DNA from: Guillardia theta CCMP2712
Lineage: Eukaryota > Protista > Cryptophyta
NCBI RefSeq assembly: GCF_000315625.1
Contig: NW_005434633.1
Coordinates: forward strand, 1-64,000
Length of the DNA stretch: 64,000 nt
Direction of reading: 5' to 3'
The notes under the pieces: model-generated
The model's input: the letters and a program-made list of their open reading frames with translations, nothing else
Told to the model about the DNA's origin: nothing
Database searches by the model: none
Shown here: piece by piece, positions 36,614-48,399 of the stretch
Layout: each line of letters starts with the position of its first letter
Numbering within the stretch: position 1 is the stretch's first letter
Position numbers and translations under genes: made by a program

Positions 36614-36706
36614 TTTACTCAAAGTTAAGTTAAAATTCAGTGAGAGGACAATCACGGGTGACTTCGCCCTTTACTCAAAGCTAAGTTAAAAAGAAGTACG
36701 GGTGAC
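36614..36706 (+). repeat. Bipartite direct repeat TTTACTCAAAG(T/C)TAAGTTAAAA ... ACGGGTGAC x2
   Basis: 22-mers at 36614-36635 and 36670-36691 (1 mismatch). 9-mers at 36654-36662 and 36698-36706. Confidence 0.85.
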
Positions 36707-36896
36707 AGTTGATGAGAGTCCTGAATGAAAAAAAAAAACATCAATCCTACCAGAGAGATGCTGCCTTTCCTCTTTTCTACTCTCTGACTCTGAGGTCAGC
36801 GCGATCTTCTATCAGACACCCCCCCCCCCGATAGGTCCCGCCTTGTTTCACTTCGGCCCAACGACCGCGGCTTCTTCCGCTGCGCCGGCAGCGACT

Positions 36897-37811
36897 ATGG
36901 CAGAGCAAGAACAGCTCTTCAGGCTGCGTGGCAGCGGTACCATAGCGCACTTGTCGACCACGCGCACCATGCCCCTCCAGGTCCTCGCTACGGTCTTCAA
37001 GGTAGGAGCGTATCAACGACATAGCCTCGAGCTCGGTTACAGCGACGTGGAGAAGCTTGAGCGAGGCAAGGCGTCTTCGCAGCGGTTCTGCATGAAGCTC
37101 AATGCTTGCTTCCAGTCCAAGGTCCCCCAGAGCCTGCCGCCAAGCATGCTCTTTGACGGAACCTCTGAGAGCAAGCGAGGCGATCCTCACGTCGGGATGG
37201 TTTGTCAAGCTGACATGACGGTCTGTTTGAAGCACGATGCGTATCTCTCTGTCTTGCTCCAGACCGTGATAGACAACCCAGCGAGCGACGTCATAGCAGT
37301 CATGCCGGGCCCGGCGGGGTCGGCGGATTACAAGCAAGTACATGTCAAACAGCACGAGTACATCTCGTTCGAGATGGCAGAGACGCCAGACAAGGTGTGC
37401 GAAAAGATCTACCAGCTCAGCCGGCTATGTCACGTTCTGAAGGAGGAGTTTATCGGAGAGCAAGCGAGGATTGCAGCTACGGGGATACTGGTGAATGGCA
37501 AGAGAGAAGACTTCGAGCTCGGGGCTGAGGTAGTGAGATCGTTCTTGTCAGAGGCCAAGGCTGATCCCGACCTTTGCGAGCTTTTCGACTGGCAAGTGCC
37601 CATGTTTGTGTGCTATGCTCCCATTCGAACAGATCTCGATGCCAGCAGGTCAGAAATCGAGCTCTTCATGTCGCAGATCCAGACGGAAGTCGCTGCGATC
37701 AGATCAAGAGACAAGACCCTCCTCAACGGACTAGCAGCATACATGTCGGACGACTACTTTCATTGCAAGGCTGACGCCATGAATGACCTTAACGCTAGAG
37801 AATCTTCTTGA
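36897..37811 (+). CDS. Intronless hypothetical protein, array copy 1 (possible PD-(D/E)xK nuclease-like fold plus coiled-coil tail)
   Basis: ATG at MAEQEQ; open 304 codons; motif pattern QAD...FEMAE...KIYQL. Confidence 0.65.
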   Translation: MAEQEQLFRLRGSGTIAHLSTTRTMPLQVLATVFKVGAYQRHSLELGYSDVEKLERGKASSQRFCMKLNACFQSKVPQSLPPSMLFDGTSESKRGDPHVGMVCQADMTVCLKHDAYLSVLLQTVIDNPASDVIAVMPGPAGSADYKQVHVKQHEYISFEMAETPDKVCEKIYQLSRLCHVLKEEFIGEQARIAATGILVNGKREDFELGAEVVRSFLSEAKADPDLCELFDWQVPMFVCYAPIRTDLDASRSEIELFMSQIQTEVAAIRSRDKTLLNGLAAYMSDDYFHCKADAMNDLNARESS

Positions 37812-38646
37812 CTATCTCAATCGACCAGAAACAGAAGATACCGAGTGATGTAGAAGCGCGATGCTGTTAGGCTGCCGTCAGCTTGCGCCGGGACCCAGTC
37901 CCTGGCACAGTGCGGGAGGAGAGACATAGTTTGCGAATAGCTTGAAGCCGCCTCCTGTTGCGATCGTAATACATCACAGCTGTCCCTGTCACAGCCTTGG
38001 TAATTAATGCTGCTTATGGTCGAGACGATGTGCGGCCTGCAGCCGCTTGACCAGACTGCTCGCGTCATGATCACAACCGACTCGAAATACTTTCAATGCG
38101 CTTGTTATTCGAGTATACACAGGTCCCTCCCAAACACCTCAATCCCCAACAACGCTCTGCTCCTCCTTCTGTCTCATCTCACGCGCCGCAGTCTCGATGT
38201 GAACCAGGAACCCGCCAAGCAAGCTTCAGCTCGCGCCTGCTGCATCCTTGCCACAGCTCACCTATCGAACTCCTCTTTGATGAGGTCATGGCTCTCTTCC
38301 AGCGTCGTCGAGACCACGTGCACCTGCGCTAGTGACTGGGGGATCGCGCTCCTACTCGACTTCACGTCCTGCGACTCGTGCCCCACTATGACCACTGAGC
38401 GAGCATGCCGGGCCCTCTGGCGCGGACTTGCTGTAGCTGAAGACGACTGTCGGATCTTGTCGTTGTCTGCTTCGAAACGAAAAAAAAAACATCAATCCTA
38501 CCAGAGAGATGCTGCCTTTCCTCTTTTCTACTCTCTGACTCTGAGGTCAGCGCGATCTTCTATCAGACACCCCCCCCCCCATAGGTCCCGCCTTGTTTCA
38601 CTTCGGCCCAACGACCGCGGCTTCTTCCGCTGCGCCGGCAGCGACT

Positions 38647-39582
38647 ATGGCAGAGCAAGAACAGCTCTTCAGGCTGCGTGGCAGCGGTACCATAGCGCAC
38701 TTGTCGACCACGCGCACCATGCCCCTCCAGGTCCTCGCTGCGGTCTTCAAGGTAGGAGCGTATCAACGACATAGCCTCAAGCTCGATTACAGCGACGTGG
38801 AGAAGCTTGAGCGAGGCAAGGCGTCTTTGCAGCGGTTCTGCATGAAGCTCAATGCTTGCTTCCAGTCCAAGGTCCCCCAGAGCCTGCCGCCAAGCATGCT
38901 CTTTGACGGAACCTCTGAGAGCAAGCGAGGCGATCCTCACGTCGGGATGGTTTGTCAAGCTGACATGACGGTCTGTTTGAAGCACGATGCGTATCTCTCT
39001 GTCTTGCTCCAGACCGTGATAGACAACCCAGCGAGCGACGTCATAGCAGTCATGCCGGGCCCGGCGGGGTCGGCGGATTACAAGCAAGTACATGTCAAAC
39101 AGCACGAGTACATCTCGTTCGAGATGGCAGAGACGCCAGACAAGGTGTGCGAAAAGATCTACCAGCTCAGCCGGCTATGTCACGTTCTGAAGGAGGAGTT
39201 TATCGGAGAGCAAGCGAGGATTGCAGCTACGGGGATACTGGTGAATGGCAAGAGAGAAGACTTCGAGCTCGGGGCTGAGGTAGTGAGATCGTTCTTGTCA
39301 GAGGCCAAGGCTGATCCCGACCTTTGCGAGCTTTTCGACTGGCAAGTGCCCATGTTTGTGTGCTATGCTCCCATTCGAACAGATCTCGATGCCAGCAGGT
39401 CAGAAATCGAGCTCCTCAGGATGGAAGTCGCTGACATGAGATCAAGAGACAAGGCCCTCAGAGCAGAGCTCCTCAACGGACTAGCAGCATACATGTCGGA
39501 CGACTACTTTCATTGCAAGGCTGACGCCATGAATGACCTTAACCATCTCTGTGACTACCTCGACGAAGATGAGACCGAGTGA
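38647..39582 (+). CDS. Intronless hypothetical protein, array copy 2
   Basis: As copy 1, 311 codons. Confidence 0.65.
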   Translation: MAEQEQLFRLRGSGTIAHLSTTRTMPLQVLAAVFKVGAYQRHSLKLDYSDVEKLERGKASLQRFCMKLNACFQSKVPQSLPPSMLFDGTSESKRGDPHVGMVCQADMTVCLKHDAYLSVLLQTVIDNPASDVIAVMPGPAGSADYKQVHVKQHEYISFEMAETPDKVCEKIYQLSRLCHVLKEEFIGEQARIAATGILVNGKREDFELGAEVVRSFLSEAKADPDLCELFDWQVPMFVCYAPIRTDLDASRSEIELLRMEVADMRSRDKALRAELLNGLAAYMSDDYFHCKADAMNDLNHLCDYLDEDETE

Positions 39583-40607
39583 TGTAGAAGCGCGATGCTG
39601 TAAGGCTGCCGTCAGCTTGCGCCGGGACCCAGTCCCTGGCACAGTGCGGGAGGAGAGACATAGTTTGCGAATAGCTTGAAGCCGCCTCCTGTTGCGATCG
39701 TAATACATCACAGCTGTCCCTGTCACAGCCTTGGTAATTAATGCTGCTTATGGTCGAGACGATGTGCGGCCTGCATTCACACCCGCCGTCGGGATGCCCA
39801 CCGATGTGTCCAGACCTCTCCCGACAGCCCGGCCGGCTGACAGCAGAGCACAGCCCGCATCTACCTCCCGACTAGTATCGCCACAGCCTGCATGGTCTCC
39901 TACCCACGTGGGATGTTACTGCAAGCCCGCTCCCGAGCGCCCATGAAGCGGACTACTCGGATCTCTGCTCTCCGCACTCTCCCAAGTGAGGCTCAAGTGC
40001 AGCACCTTGACCAGACTGCTCGCGTCACGATCACAACCGACTCGAAATACTTTCAATGCGCTTGTTATTCGAGTATACACAGGTCCCTCCCAAACACCTC
40101 AATCCCCAACAACGCTCTGCTCCTCCTTCTGTCTCATCTCACGCGCCGCAGTCTCGATGTGAACCAGGAACCCGCCAAGCAAGCTTCAGCTCGCGCCTGC
40201 TGCATCCTTGCCACAGCTCACCTATCGAACTCCTCTTTGATGAGGTCATGGCTCTCTTCCAGCGTCGTCGAGACCACGTGCACCTGCGCTAGTGACTGGG
40301 GGATCGCGCTCCTACTCGACTTCACGTCCTGCGACTCGTGCCCCACTATGACCACTGAGCGAGCATGCCGGGCCCTCTGGCGCGGACTTGCTGTAGCTGA
40401 AGACGACTGTCGGATCTTGTCGTTGTCTGCTTCGAAACGAAAAAAAAAACATCAATCCTACCAGAGAGATGCTGCCTTTCCTCTTTTCTACTCTCTGACT
40501 CTGAGGTCAGCGCGATCTTCTATCAGACACCCCCCCCCCCGATAGGTCCCGCCTTGTTTCACTTCGGCCCAACGACCGCGGCTTCTTCCGCTGCGCCGGC
40601 AGCGACT

Positions 40608-41543
40608 ATGGCAGAGCAAGAACAGCTCTTCAGGCTGCGTGGCAGCGGTACCATAGCGCACTTGTCGACCACGCGCACCATGCCCCTCCAGGTCCTCGCT
40701 GGGGTCTTCAAGGTAGGAGCGTATCAACGACATAGCCTCGAGCTCGGTTACAGCGACGTGAAGAAGCTCGAGCGAGCCGAGGCGTCTTTGCAGCGGTTCC
40801 GCATGAAGCTCAATGCTTGCTTCCAGTCCAAGGTCCCCCAGAGCCTGCCGCCAAGCATGCTCTTTGACGGAACCTCTGAGAGCAAGCGAGGCGATCCTCA
40901 CGTCGGGATGGTTTGTCAAGCTGATATGACGGTCTGTTTGAAGCACGATGCGTATCTCTCTGTCTTGCTCCAGACCGTGATAGACAACCCAGCGAGCGAC
41001 GTCATAGCAGTCATGCCGGGCCCGGCGGGGTCGGCGGATTACAAGCAAGTACATGTCAAACAGCACGAGTACATCTCGTTCGAGATGGCAGAGACGCCAG
41101 ACAAGGTGTGCGAAAAGATCTACCAGCTCAGCCGGCTATGTCACGTTCTGAAAGAGGAGTTTATCGGAGAGCAAGCGAGGATTGCAGCTACGGGGATACT
41201 GGTGAATGGCAAGAGAGAAGACTTCGAGCTCGGGGCTGAGGTAGTGAGATCGTTCTTGTCAGAGGCCAAGGCTGATCCCGACCTTTGCGAGCTTTTCGAC
41301 TGGCAAGTGCCCATGTTTGTGTGCTATGCTCCCATTCGAACAGATCTCGATGCCTGCAGGTCAGAAATCGAGCTCCTCAGGATGGAAGTCGCTGACATGA
41401 GATCAAGAGACAAGGCCCTCAGAGCAGAGCTCTTCAACGGACTAGAAGCATACATGTCGGACGACTACTTTCATTGCAAGGCTGACGCCATGAATGACCT
41501 TAACCATCTCTGTGACTACCTCGACGAAGATGAGACCGAGTGA
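40608..41543 (+). CDS. Intronless hypothetical protein, array copy 3
   Basis: As copy 2, 311 codons. Confidence 0.65.
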   Translation: MAEQEQLFRLRGSGTIAHLSTTRTMPLQVLAGVFKVGAYQRHSLELGYSDVKKLERAEASLQRFRMKLNACFQSKVPQSLPPSMLFDGTSESKRGDPHVGMVCQADMTVCLKHDAYLSVLLQTVIDNPASDVIAVMPGPAGSADYKQVHVKQHEYISFEMAETPDKVCEKIYQLSRLCHVLKEEFIGEQARIAATGILVNGKREDFELGAEVVRSFLSEAKADPDLCELFDWQVPMFVCYAPIRTDLDACRSEIELLRMEVADMRSRDKALRAELFNGLEAYMSDDYFHCKADAMNDLNHLCDYLDEDETE

Positions 41544-42059
41544 TGTAGAAGCGCGATGCTGTAAGGCTGCCGTCAGCTTGCGCCGGGACCCAGTCCCTGG
41601 CACAGTGCGGGAGGAGAGACATAGTTTGCGAATAGCTTGAAGCCGCCTCCTGTTGCGATCGTAATACATCACAGCTGTCCCTGTCACAGCCTTGGTAATT
41701 AATGCTGCTTATGGTCGAGACGATGTGCGGCCTGCATTCACACCCGCCGTCGGGATGCCCACCGATGCGTCAAGACCTCTCCCGACAGCCCGGCCGGCTG
41801 ACAGCAGAGCACAGCCCGCATCTACCTCCCGACTAGTATCGCCACAGCCTGCATGGTCTCCTACCCACGTGGGATGTTACTGCAAGCCCGCTCCCGAGCG
41901 CCCATGAAGCGGACTACTCGGATCTCTGCTCTCCGCACTCTCCCAAGTGAGGCTCAAGTGCAGCACCTTGACCAGACTGCTCGCGTCACGATCACAACCG
42001 ACTCGAAATACTTTCAATGCGCTTGTTATTCGAGTATACACAGGTCCCTCCCAAACACC

Positions 42060-42823
42060 TCAATCCCCAACAACGCTCTGCTCCTCCTTCTGTCTCATCT
42101 CACGCGCCGCAGTCTCGATGTGAACCAGGAACCTGCCAAGCAAGCTTCAGCTCGCGCCTGCTGCATCCTTGCCACAGCTCACCTATCGAACTCCTCTTTG
42201 ATGAGGTCATGGCTCTCTTCCAGCGTCGTCGAGACCACGTGCACCTGCGCTAGTGACTTGGGGATCGCGCTCCTACTCGGCTTGACGTCCTGCGACTTTC
42301 TGTGTGCCATGATCATACATTGACTGTCCTTGAAGCCCATGTTCTGCCCAAACCATCTGTGCCTGCTCACCAAGATCAGCCAGCACACAGCAGAAAAGGG
42401 TCTCACCATTGATCCAGATCCTTCTCCTCCCCAGCGTTCCCAGCGTCGTACACATAGATTGCTCCCATGGCTCCATGCATGATCGCCGGCCATGCTGCTT
42501 CGTAGGCCCTATCCCCTGACACATCCCACAGCTCCACAGAAACATTCACCTTCAAGGAACACAAAGTGAGTGAGCGATGGAGGGAGCAGGGGTGAGGGAG
42601 GGAAGGGACAGAAGCTTAAAGAGAGAGATCAAGGAAAGCACATCACCGATCCTGTCCCTTTCCTCACAGTTCGATCAAACTCCAGGATTCTAGTACCAAC
42701 CGTCGGCTTGGTGGGAGCCATGGACGGGTTTTCACAGTTCTGAACAGCATCTGCCAAGAAGTTTGCAAGAGAAGATTTGCCGCTCGACTTTGGTCCCACC
42801 ATTAGGATTTTGACCTCCGTCAT
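42060..42823 (-). CDS. IFT22: Intraflagellar transport protein 22 (RABL5-like small GTPase), 4 exons
   Basis: KILMVGPKSSGKSSLANFL, PTVGTRILEF, VELWDVSGDRAYEAAWPAI, no canonical G4 NKxD, C-terminus REMRQKEEQSVVGD. Canonical GT-AG introns. Confidence 0.9.
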
Positions 42824-43587
42824 TGTCGATTGTATTCCCAGGCTACCTGCAACGACATGTATCAGTTTGGCAACATCTTCATGATTCAAGTTTCGATTAA
42901 CACTCGATCCAATCAAAATGTTTTGATGTTTTTATGAACTTCATGTTTTTGGTATGTGCTCTTGATAATTCCTCTTACGACTCGAGCAGTCATGTCATTA
43001 GGATAGACGCATCAATCCATGCACTTGAGACTTGTCAGTACATTGTTGTCCTACTAAACCATTCCTTGTACCACGTGTCTTCACCTCCAAGTCCATCTCC
43101 TTCATCATCTTGCTTCTCCAGACTCTTCTATCTTCCTCTTTCCCTCGCTCCCGACCTCCCCTTGTCCATTTCAACCCCATGCTCTGTTCCTGCGGCAACC
43201 GCCATCGTTTGAACTCTCCACTGCAGGTTCCCCTCAGCTCACTTGCTAAAGATTCAGTCGGGCAGCAGATATTGACTAATTCATCGAATAGGTTCACAGA
43301 TTAGTACATTGGAAAGGGTAGGGGTACTCTCACAGCACCCCTGAGATTGTATATGGAAGGTAGGGGTTAGAGGCAAACATCTCCTTGTGAAGTGGGGTAG
43401 GGGTCCGTGATGCTGCCAGTAGAACCCGGAGGGACATGGCATGAAAGAGCGAACGGGCAAAATGGGCGAGACGCGAGAAATGGAGGAAGGCAGGTGAAGA
43501 ACGAGAAGCTGCTGAGGAGGATAGTGAGGCATCTGTGAGGAGCAAAGAGAAGTAGAGAGCAGGGAAGCAGGGAAGCAGAGCAGCAGG

Positions 43588-46011
43588 ATGTCGAAAGCAA
43601 AACTACTTTTCTACAAGATCGCGCAGAAGACCGTCAATTTCTTCAAAGAGGACGAAGAAACCTTGCGGAAGAAAGAGATCTCAGGACAGACGCCGGTATG
43701 CATGCTTCATCCTCTTCAAGGTTTTGCTGAGATCTTGACCATATCAAAGGTTCACGTGGCGATCAACATCATCCTCCAGATCGGGTTGATCGTGGTGTTC
43801 ATGCTGAATGTAGACCACCAGAAGTATCCTGCTCATCCGAACCCTCCGGCGTACCCTGGTGTTGGACAACCAGGTAGAGCATGCGGCTGTTAGGTATGAG
43901 TCGCTCACTCCTTGACCAAGGTGGTCCTACCTTGCCCCAGCCTGAGCCTGTCATCCCCTTCAAACGGTAAAGGAGGGATACAACAACCTTCCAGCACATT
44001 GTGATCGAATCTCAGGTATCCTGCTGGTTTTGATGTGTGGGGACCAAGACCAGACGGGAGTCTGACTTCTCGGCTCGCGGAGACCGTCATGCAGAACCAG
44101 TTCAAGTAGTTCAACTCTCTTCCGCCTCTCTGAAACCACACTCTGATGCTTCCTCAAAGGTTTTTCATCGAGATCACCACGTATGTTTACCTGGGATTTG
44201 CTCTCCAATACTCCTTCTTGAGGAAGTTCGGATACAGCACCATGTCTTTCGGTCTGCTTCAGGCTACGGTCGCTGCGCAGTGGGGGATCGTCTGGATGCA
44301 GCTGATAGACGTCATACACTGTCAGGTAGTCAACCAAGAGGGGAATATTAACTTGGAAGCTCAATGCTTGTCCAGTACCTCAAGTCAAACTTCATAAACA
44401 TAGATGCGCAATGCACACCGCCATTCACTGCCGAACAGATCTCCCCGACCTATAGTCAGAAGCAGCTCAGACAGGTTCCCTGCTTGTTTGGAAATACTGG
44501 GAGAGGTGCGCTGTTGACGATCGCATTTCGGTTGAACAGGCGTGCTCATGCCAACTGTGGGATGTCATCCATGGCAACAGAAGTATTGTGACAGAGCAGC
44601 CGAATTATGCCCACCATACCCTCATCACGATAGGGAAGATGAACTTTGACAACACGTTTGTCATCACTCTACCCTCTTTGATGGAAGGCCTGTTAGCAAC
44701 GATACCCGTGCAGGTATGTCGGCATTGTGGTCGTAGATGTTGGTGAAAGACTTTTCATCAGATCACGTACGGGATGCTGCTCGGTAAAGTCGGCCCCAGC
44801 CAGCTGATGCTCTGCGCTCTCACCTGCGTGACTTGCTACGGAATCAACTATTGGATCGTCATCTACGTGCTGGGGGCATGGGACCACGTGGGAGGCTCTT
44901 GTATCATACACGCATTCGGCGCTTTCTTTGGCATCGGGTAAGCCATGCGCTGCTCCTTTCATGAGCAACCTGAGAGAATGGTCTAGCTGCACTCTGTTTG
45001 CATCGCCAAAGGGAGTGGCTTCCAACCCGGACAACTCTCCAAGGTGCAGAACAACCTTTCCATGAATTCCAGGTGTGTGAGCGTGTACAGGTACAACGCA
45101 GACGTTCTCTGCACTGTAGGAGTGATCCTGAACTGGATCACCTTTCCATCCATCAATGCATACTTCGCCCCGGCTGCGGCGCAACAAGCAGTGGTCATCA
45201 ACACTTACCTGTCACTTTTCAGCAGTTGTGTAGCATCGATGCTGTTCTCAAGCTTGTACTCACAGCAGTTCAAGTTCGATCCTGCAGACATTCAGCGCTC
45301 TTGCATATCCGGAGGAGTAGCGATCTCTTCAGTGGCCTCCCTCTTCGTTCAACCCTACCAGGCCATGCTGATCGGGTTTGCCGGAGGCTTTGCCTGCAGC
45401 ACCTCCCACAACTTCCTCCGAAAGTTTCTCGAGAAGAAGCTGATGATAACTGACACCGTCGGTGTTGTCAGCCTGCATGCCATCCCCTCCGCCATCGCTT
45501 GGATCGCAGGTGAGCATGCTCGGGTCAGCTCTCAAGCTTGTTCATGTCGACACCTTGCAGGCGTCATCAGCGTGGCTCCTCTCAACACAGCCTACATGGG
45601 GAAATGGGCTGGTACTCAGTACATCTCCCAGCAGACTAAGACGCTGCCCTTCGGATTGGAGTACGGACAAATCTTTCAGCACACCGCTGGCAACGGCGAT
45701 ACAGCTCGTTACCAGGTAACCCCTCTTCAGCTGATAGCAATACCGCCCCCATGCTCCTTCTCCTCCTGACTTTCCTTAAGCTTATAATGTATCCTACCAC
45801 CGTCGCCTTTGCTCTTTCTTCAGGAGCGCTGTGCGGATTTCTAGCGAGGAATGTGAAGGGGCCGTCGGTAGCCCGCAGCTTCTCAGGTGCCTGCATGCTT
45901 GTTGGGTCACCTTGTGCTGAGCTGTGCCTTGAAGATTCTATCTTCTGGTTTGTTCCCGAGGATTTCAGAAAGACAGAGGACCTGATGAGAAAGGAAACGA
46001 CGGCCGTGTGA
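43588..46011 (+). CDS. Rhesus (Rh50)-type ammonia/gas channel of the Amt/Mep/Rh family, divergent
   Basis: YLGFALQYSFLRKFGYS...QWG, YGMLLGKVGPSQL, GGSCIIHAFGAFFG, NWITFPSINA, INTYLSL, GGVAI, DTVGVVSLHAIP, FSDSIFWFVP. Splice path resolved with GT-AG introns. Confidence 0.9.
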
Positions 46012-46076
46012 GAAGATGGAGGGAGACAGAAATCGCAATTACAATCGTACTTTACATCAAATACAAGGCAAAGAAA

Positions 46077-48100
46077 TCAAGCGAAATGTGAGATATGAAT
46101 GTTCCTAGACGGGGAAGGCTTGAAAGATTCCTTGACATCATCCTGACTGGTGAGTCTCTGTCCCAAGTAGAGGGAGGGATCGCGGTGTATGAATCGAGTC
46201 ACGATGATCTCTGCCTCCACAGAGCAGCCCGGCCTCCTGCCTCCCACCTTGCTAGTGAATGGCCAGGAGTCCACGTTGATAGGTTTCATCACGCAGCCGC
46301 AGCCGCACCATGGACGTCGGTGAGAGCAGAAGCTGTCGCAAGACTCCGCGCCTGGGGAGAAGGACTGTCGGGCCCTGCTGCCCGTTGGCTCCTGACTGCC
46401 AATCACGTCGCCGACTTCTTCGTGGGCAATTGGCTGGCAGGAGAGTTTGCAAGTAGAGGACGAGGAGCTTGCATCCTCGAGCGAGGCCTGGGAGTCACGC
46501 TTGAGGTCCATAGGGCAGGAGGAATCTGTCCAGAGGGGAGAGCTCTGCACGGGAAGAGAATCACATCGAGGAAATCGAGAGGGAGAGCACAAAGGTTACA
46601 TCATCGAATTCGTCGTTCAGCTCTGTGCTGATCATTGTCTTGTTCAAACATCGAGGAATCCAGGAAGGCGAAAAAGTTGACGTCTTCTTCTGCTTGTCAG
46701 TTGCCTTCCAATCCCTCGCTGCCAGCCGTCTGAGCTTCTTCCATATTTTGGATGAGCTGGCGAGTTTCAAAGGTCTGGCATCGGCACCCTCCTCTTTGCT
46801 CTCCTGCGCCCCAGATTTTGATTCAGACTCTTCGCCCTCGCTGCAAGTCTTGACGCTCTCTCCTGTTGCGGGCCGGTCAGCATCGGACTCGCTGTCGTCG
46901 CAGCGTCCACAGGCCGACGCATCATCAGCATTTGCAGGAAAATTCTGGATGTAGAATCTCTGCACCGGCGCTACTCCCCCGATCGAGCGACCTTGCTCTT
47001 TCGCGCTCAGTGGAGCAGGGGTGTAGTCCCGCTGCAATCCTTCGATGTTCATAGAGAAGCTGATCGAGTTGGTCTCACTGTCCCACCCTTGGGTAACATA
47101 GACGTAGGGGTTCTCCACCACCTCAGCGCAGTCTTCGTCGATCTCCTTCAGCATCAGGCTGGTCGTCCACGCGATGTTGCCTTGCTCCTGATCTTTGAAG
47201 ATGCAGTACGCCTCCGGTGATTTGTTCCGACGATTTTGATCTTTATCTGCAAGCTATCGAGTGAGTTCATCTCTCTACAGCACTCGGTTTTATTTCTCAC
47301 CTCCCAGGAACAGCTTCTGACTATCAGCACAAGAAACCTGATATGCCACATGTGAGGGAAGAGCTGTCATGGTCCTCGGAGTTCCTACCTCGGAAGGTTC
47401 AACAGAGGCGTCCCTGTTGCAGTACTTGCTGAGTGAACAAGTTTCTTCACACCCCTCTGTCACGGCCGAGCTCCTGTTTCAAGGTGAGATAGCATCTGCA
47501 CGCATGGCTAGATTCATACTTGAGGCTAGCACTTGCTTCGCCGTCATACTTGCCTGCCACTGTGTCTTCGCATTGATTTCTCCCTGCTTCCTGCTCTCGA
47601 TTTGACTTTTGGAGCCATTCATCGACAAAGCTCAAGTCTTTGCTCGGCTGAATCTCGCTTTCAGCCTTGCGTGAGAGCATTTGGTAGAACAGCAGCACTT
47701 TAGCCTTTTGCTTCAACAAGTCCTCGTTCCGAGAAGCTTGCCTTCCCAGGAACTACAAAGAGAGCGGCGCGTCAGGGCTCGGTCTGGCTATGATGCAGTT
47801 TCACTCACCATCGACGTGAATGGACTGTGCTTTGTCGCCACCTGACTCCGAAGATGGCTCCTACTCACCGACGTGATATCAGAATCTGCCACCGAAACAT
47901 CGTCCTCCGAGTCACAAGGTCCCTCCCGCGGGTCCACGCTAAGAGGGATATCATAGCTCTGCTGTTCATCATCGTCTTCCGTGGCGTCTCCCAAGCCAGG
48001 TCTGGGACTCCTCAATGATTCAAGCATGGTCTCACGAGAGCGTGTTCCGTTCCCCAATGGACTACCCCACAGTTATGGATTTCCGGCTGACATAAGGCTA
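46077..48100 (-). CDS. Hypothetical multi-exon, low-complexity protein
   Basis: Consecutive minus-strand ORFs 47788-48057, 47447-47719, 46561-47154 and 46077-46592 with intron-like separators. No recognised domain. Confidence 0.45.
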
Positions 48101-48399
48101 AAAACACGTCTGCAATGAAAGATGTCAGATACATCAGGTTGAAATCCTGCTTGATCATTGTTGAATCTCCACTCGGCATCTACTGTCTGACCTAGCTCTA
48201 CCAGTACCTTCCTGCTCACACATATGCAAAACCACCAAAACCACCAAAAGAAGATGTCTCCTCTTCTCTCAACGCCTTCAGAAGAAGAAAGTTTTCATCG
48301 GCAGGTTACATTGAATGCATCCTCCCTCCCTCCCTCCTGCATGCCTGCCTGCCTTGCTCCCTGGTCCCACACTGCCATGCGATCCTTCGCGTCCACAAA

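Larger units (their letters stand above)
36727..42297 (+). repeat. Tandem array of three near-identical units (periods 1750 and 1961 bp)
   Basis: ORF starts are offset by 1750 and 1961 bp and the sequences are almost identical. Unit 1 has a spacer deletion and an altered ORF 3' end. Confidence 0.97.

Noticed and set aside
36614-36706. Repeat-spacer pattern as a CRISPR array
   Set aside because: Only two repeats, eukaryotic context, no cas genes.
36727-40450. A-tracts at unit boundaries as poly(A) tails of tandem retroposons
   Set aside because: They precede the ORF, no target-site duplication or RT is seen in the unit, and the unit includes an unspliced IFT22 intron, which favours DNA-level duplication.
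38007-42323. Repeated 156-255 aa plus-strand ORFs in the array spacers
   Set aside because: Largely the antisense of the IFT22 3' exons, and they end differently among copies.
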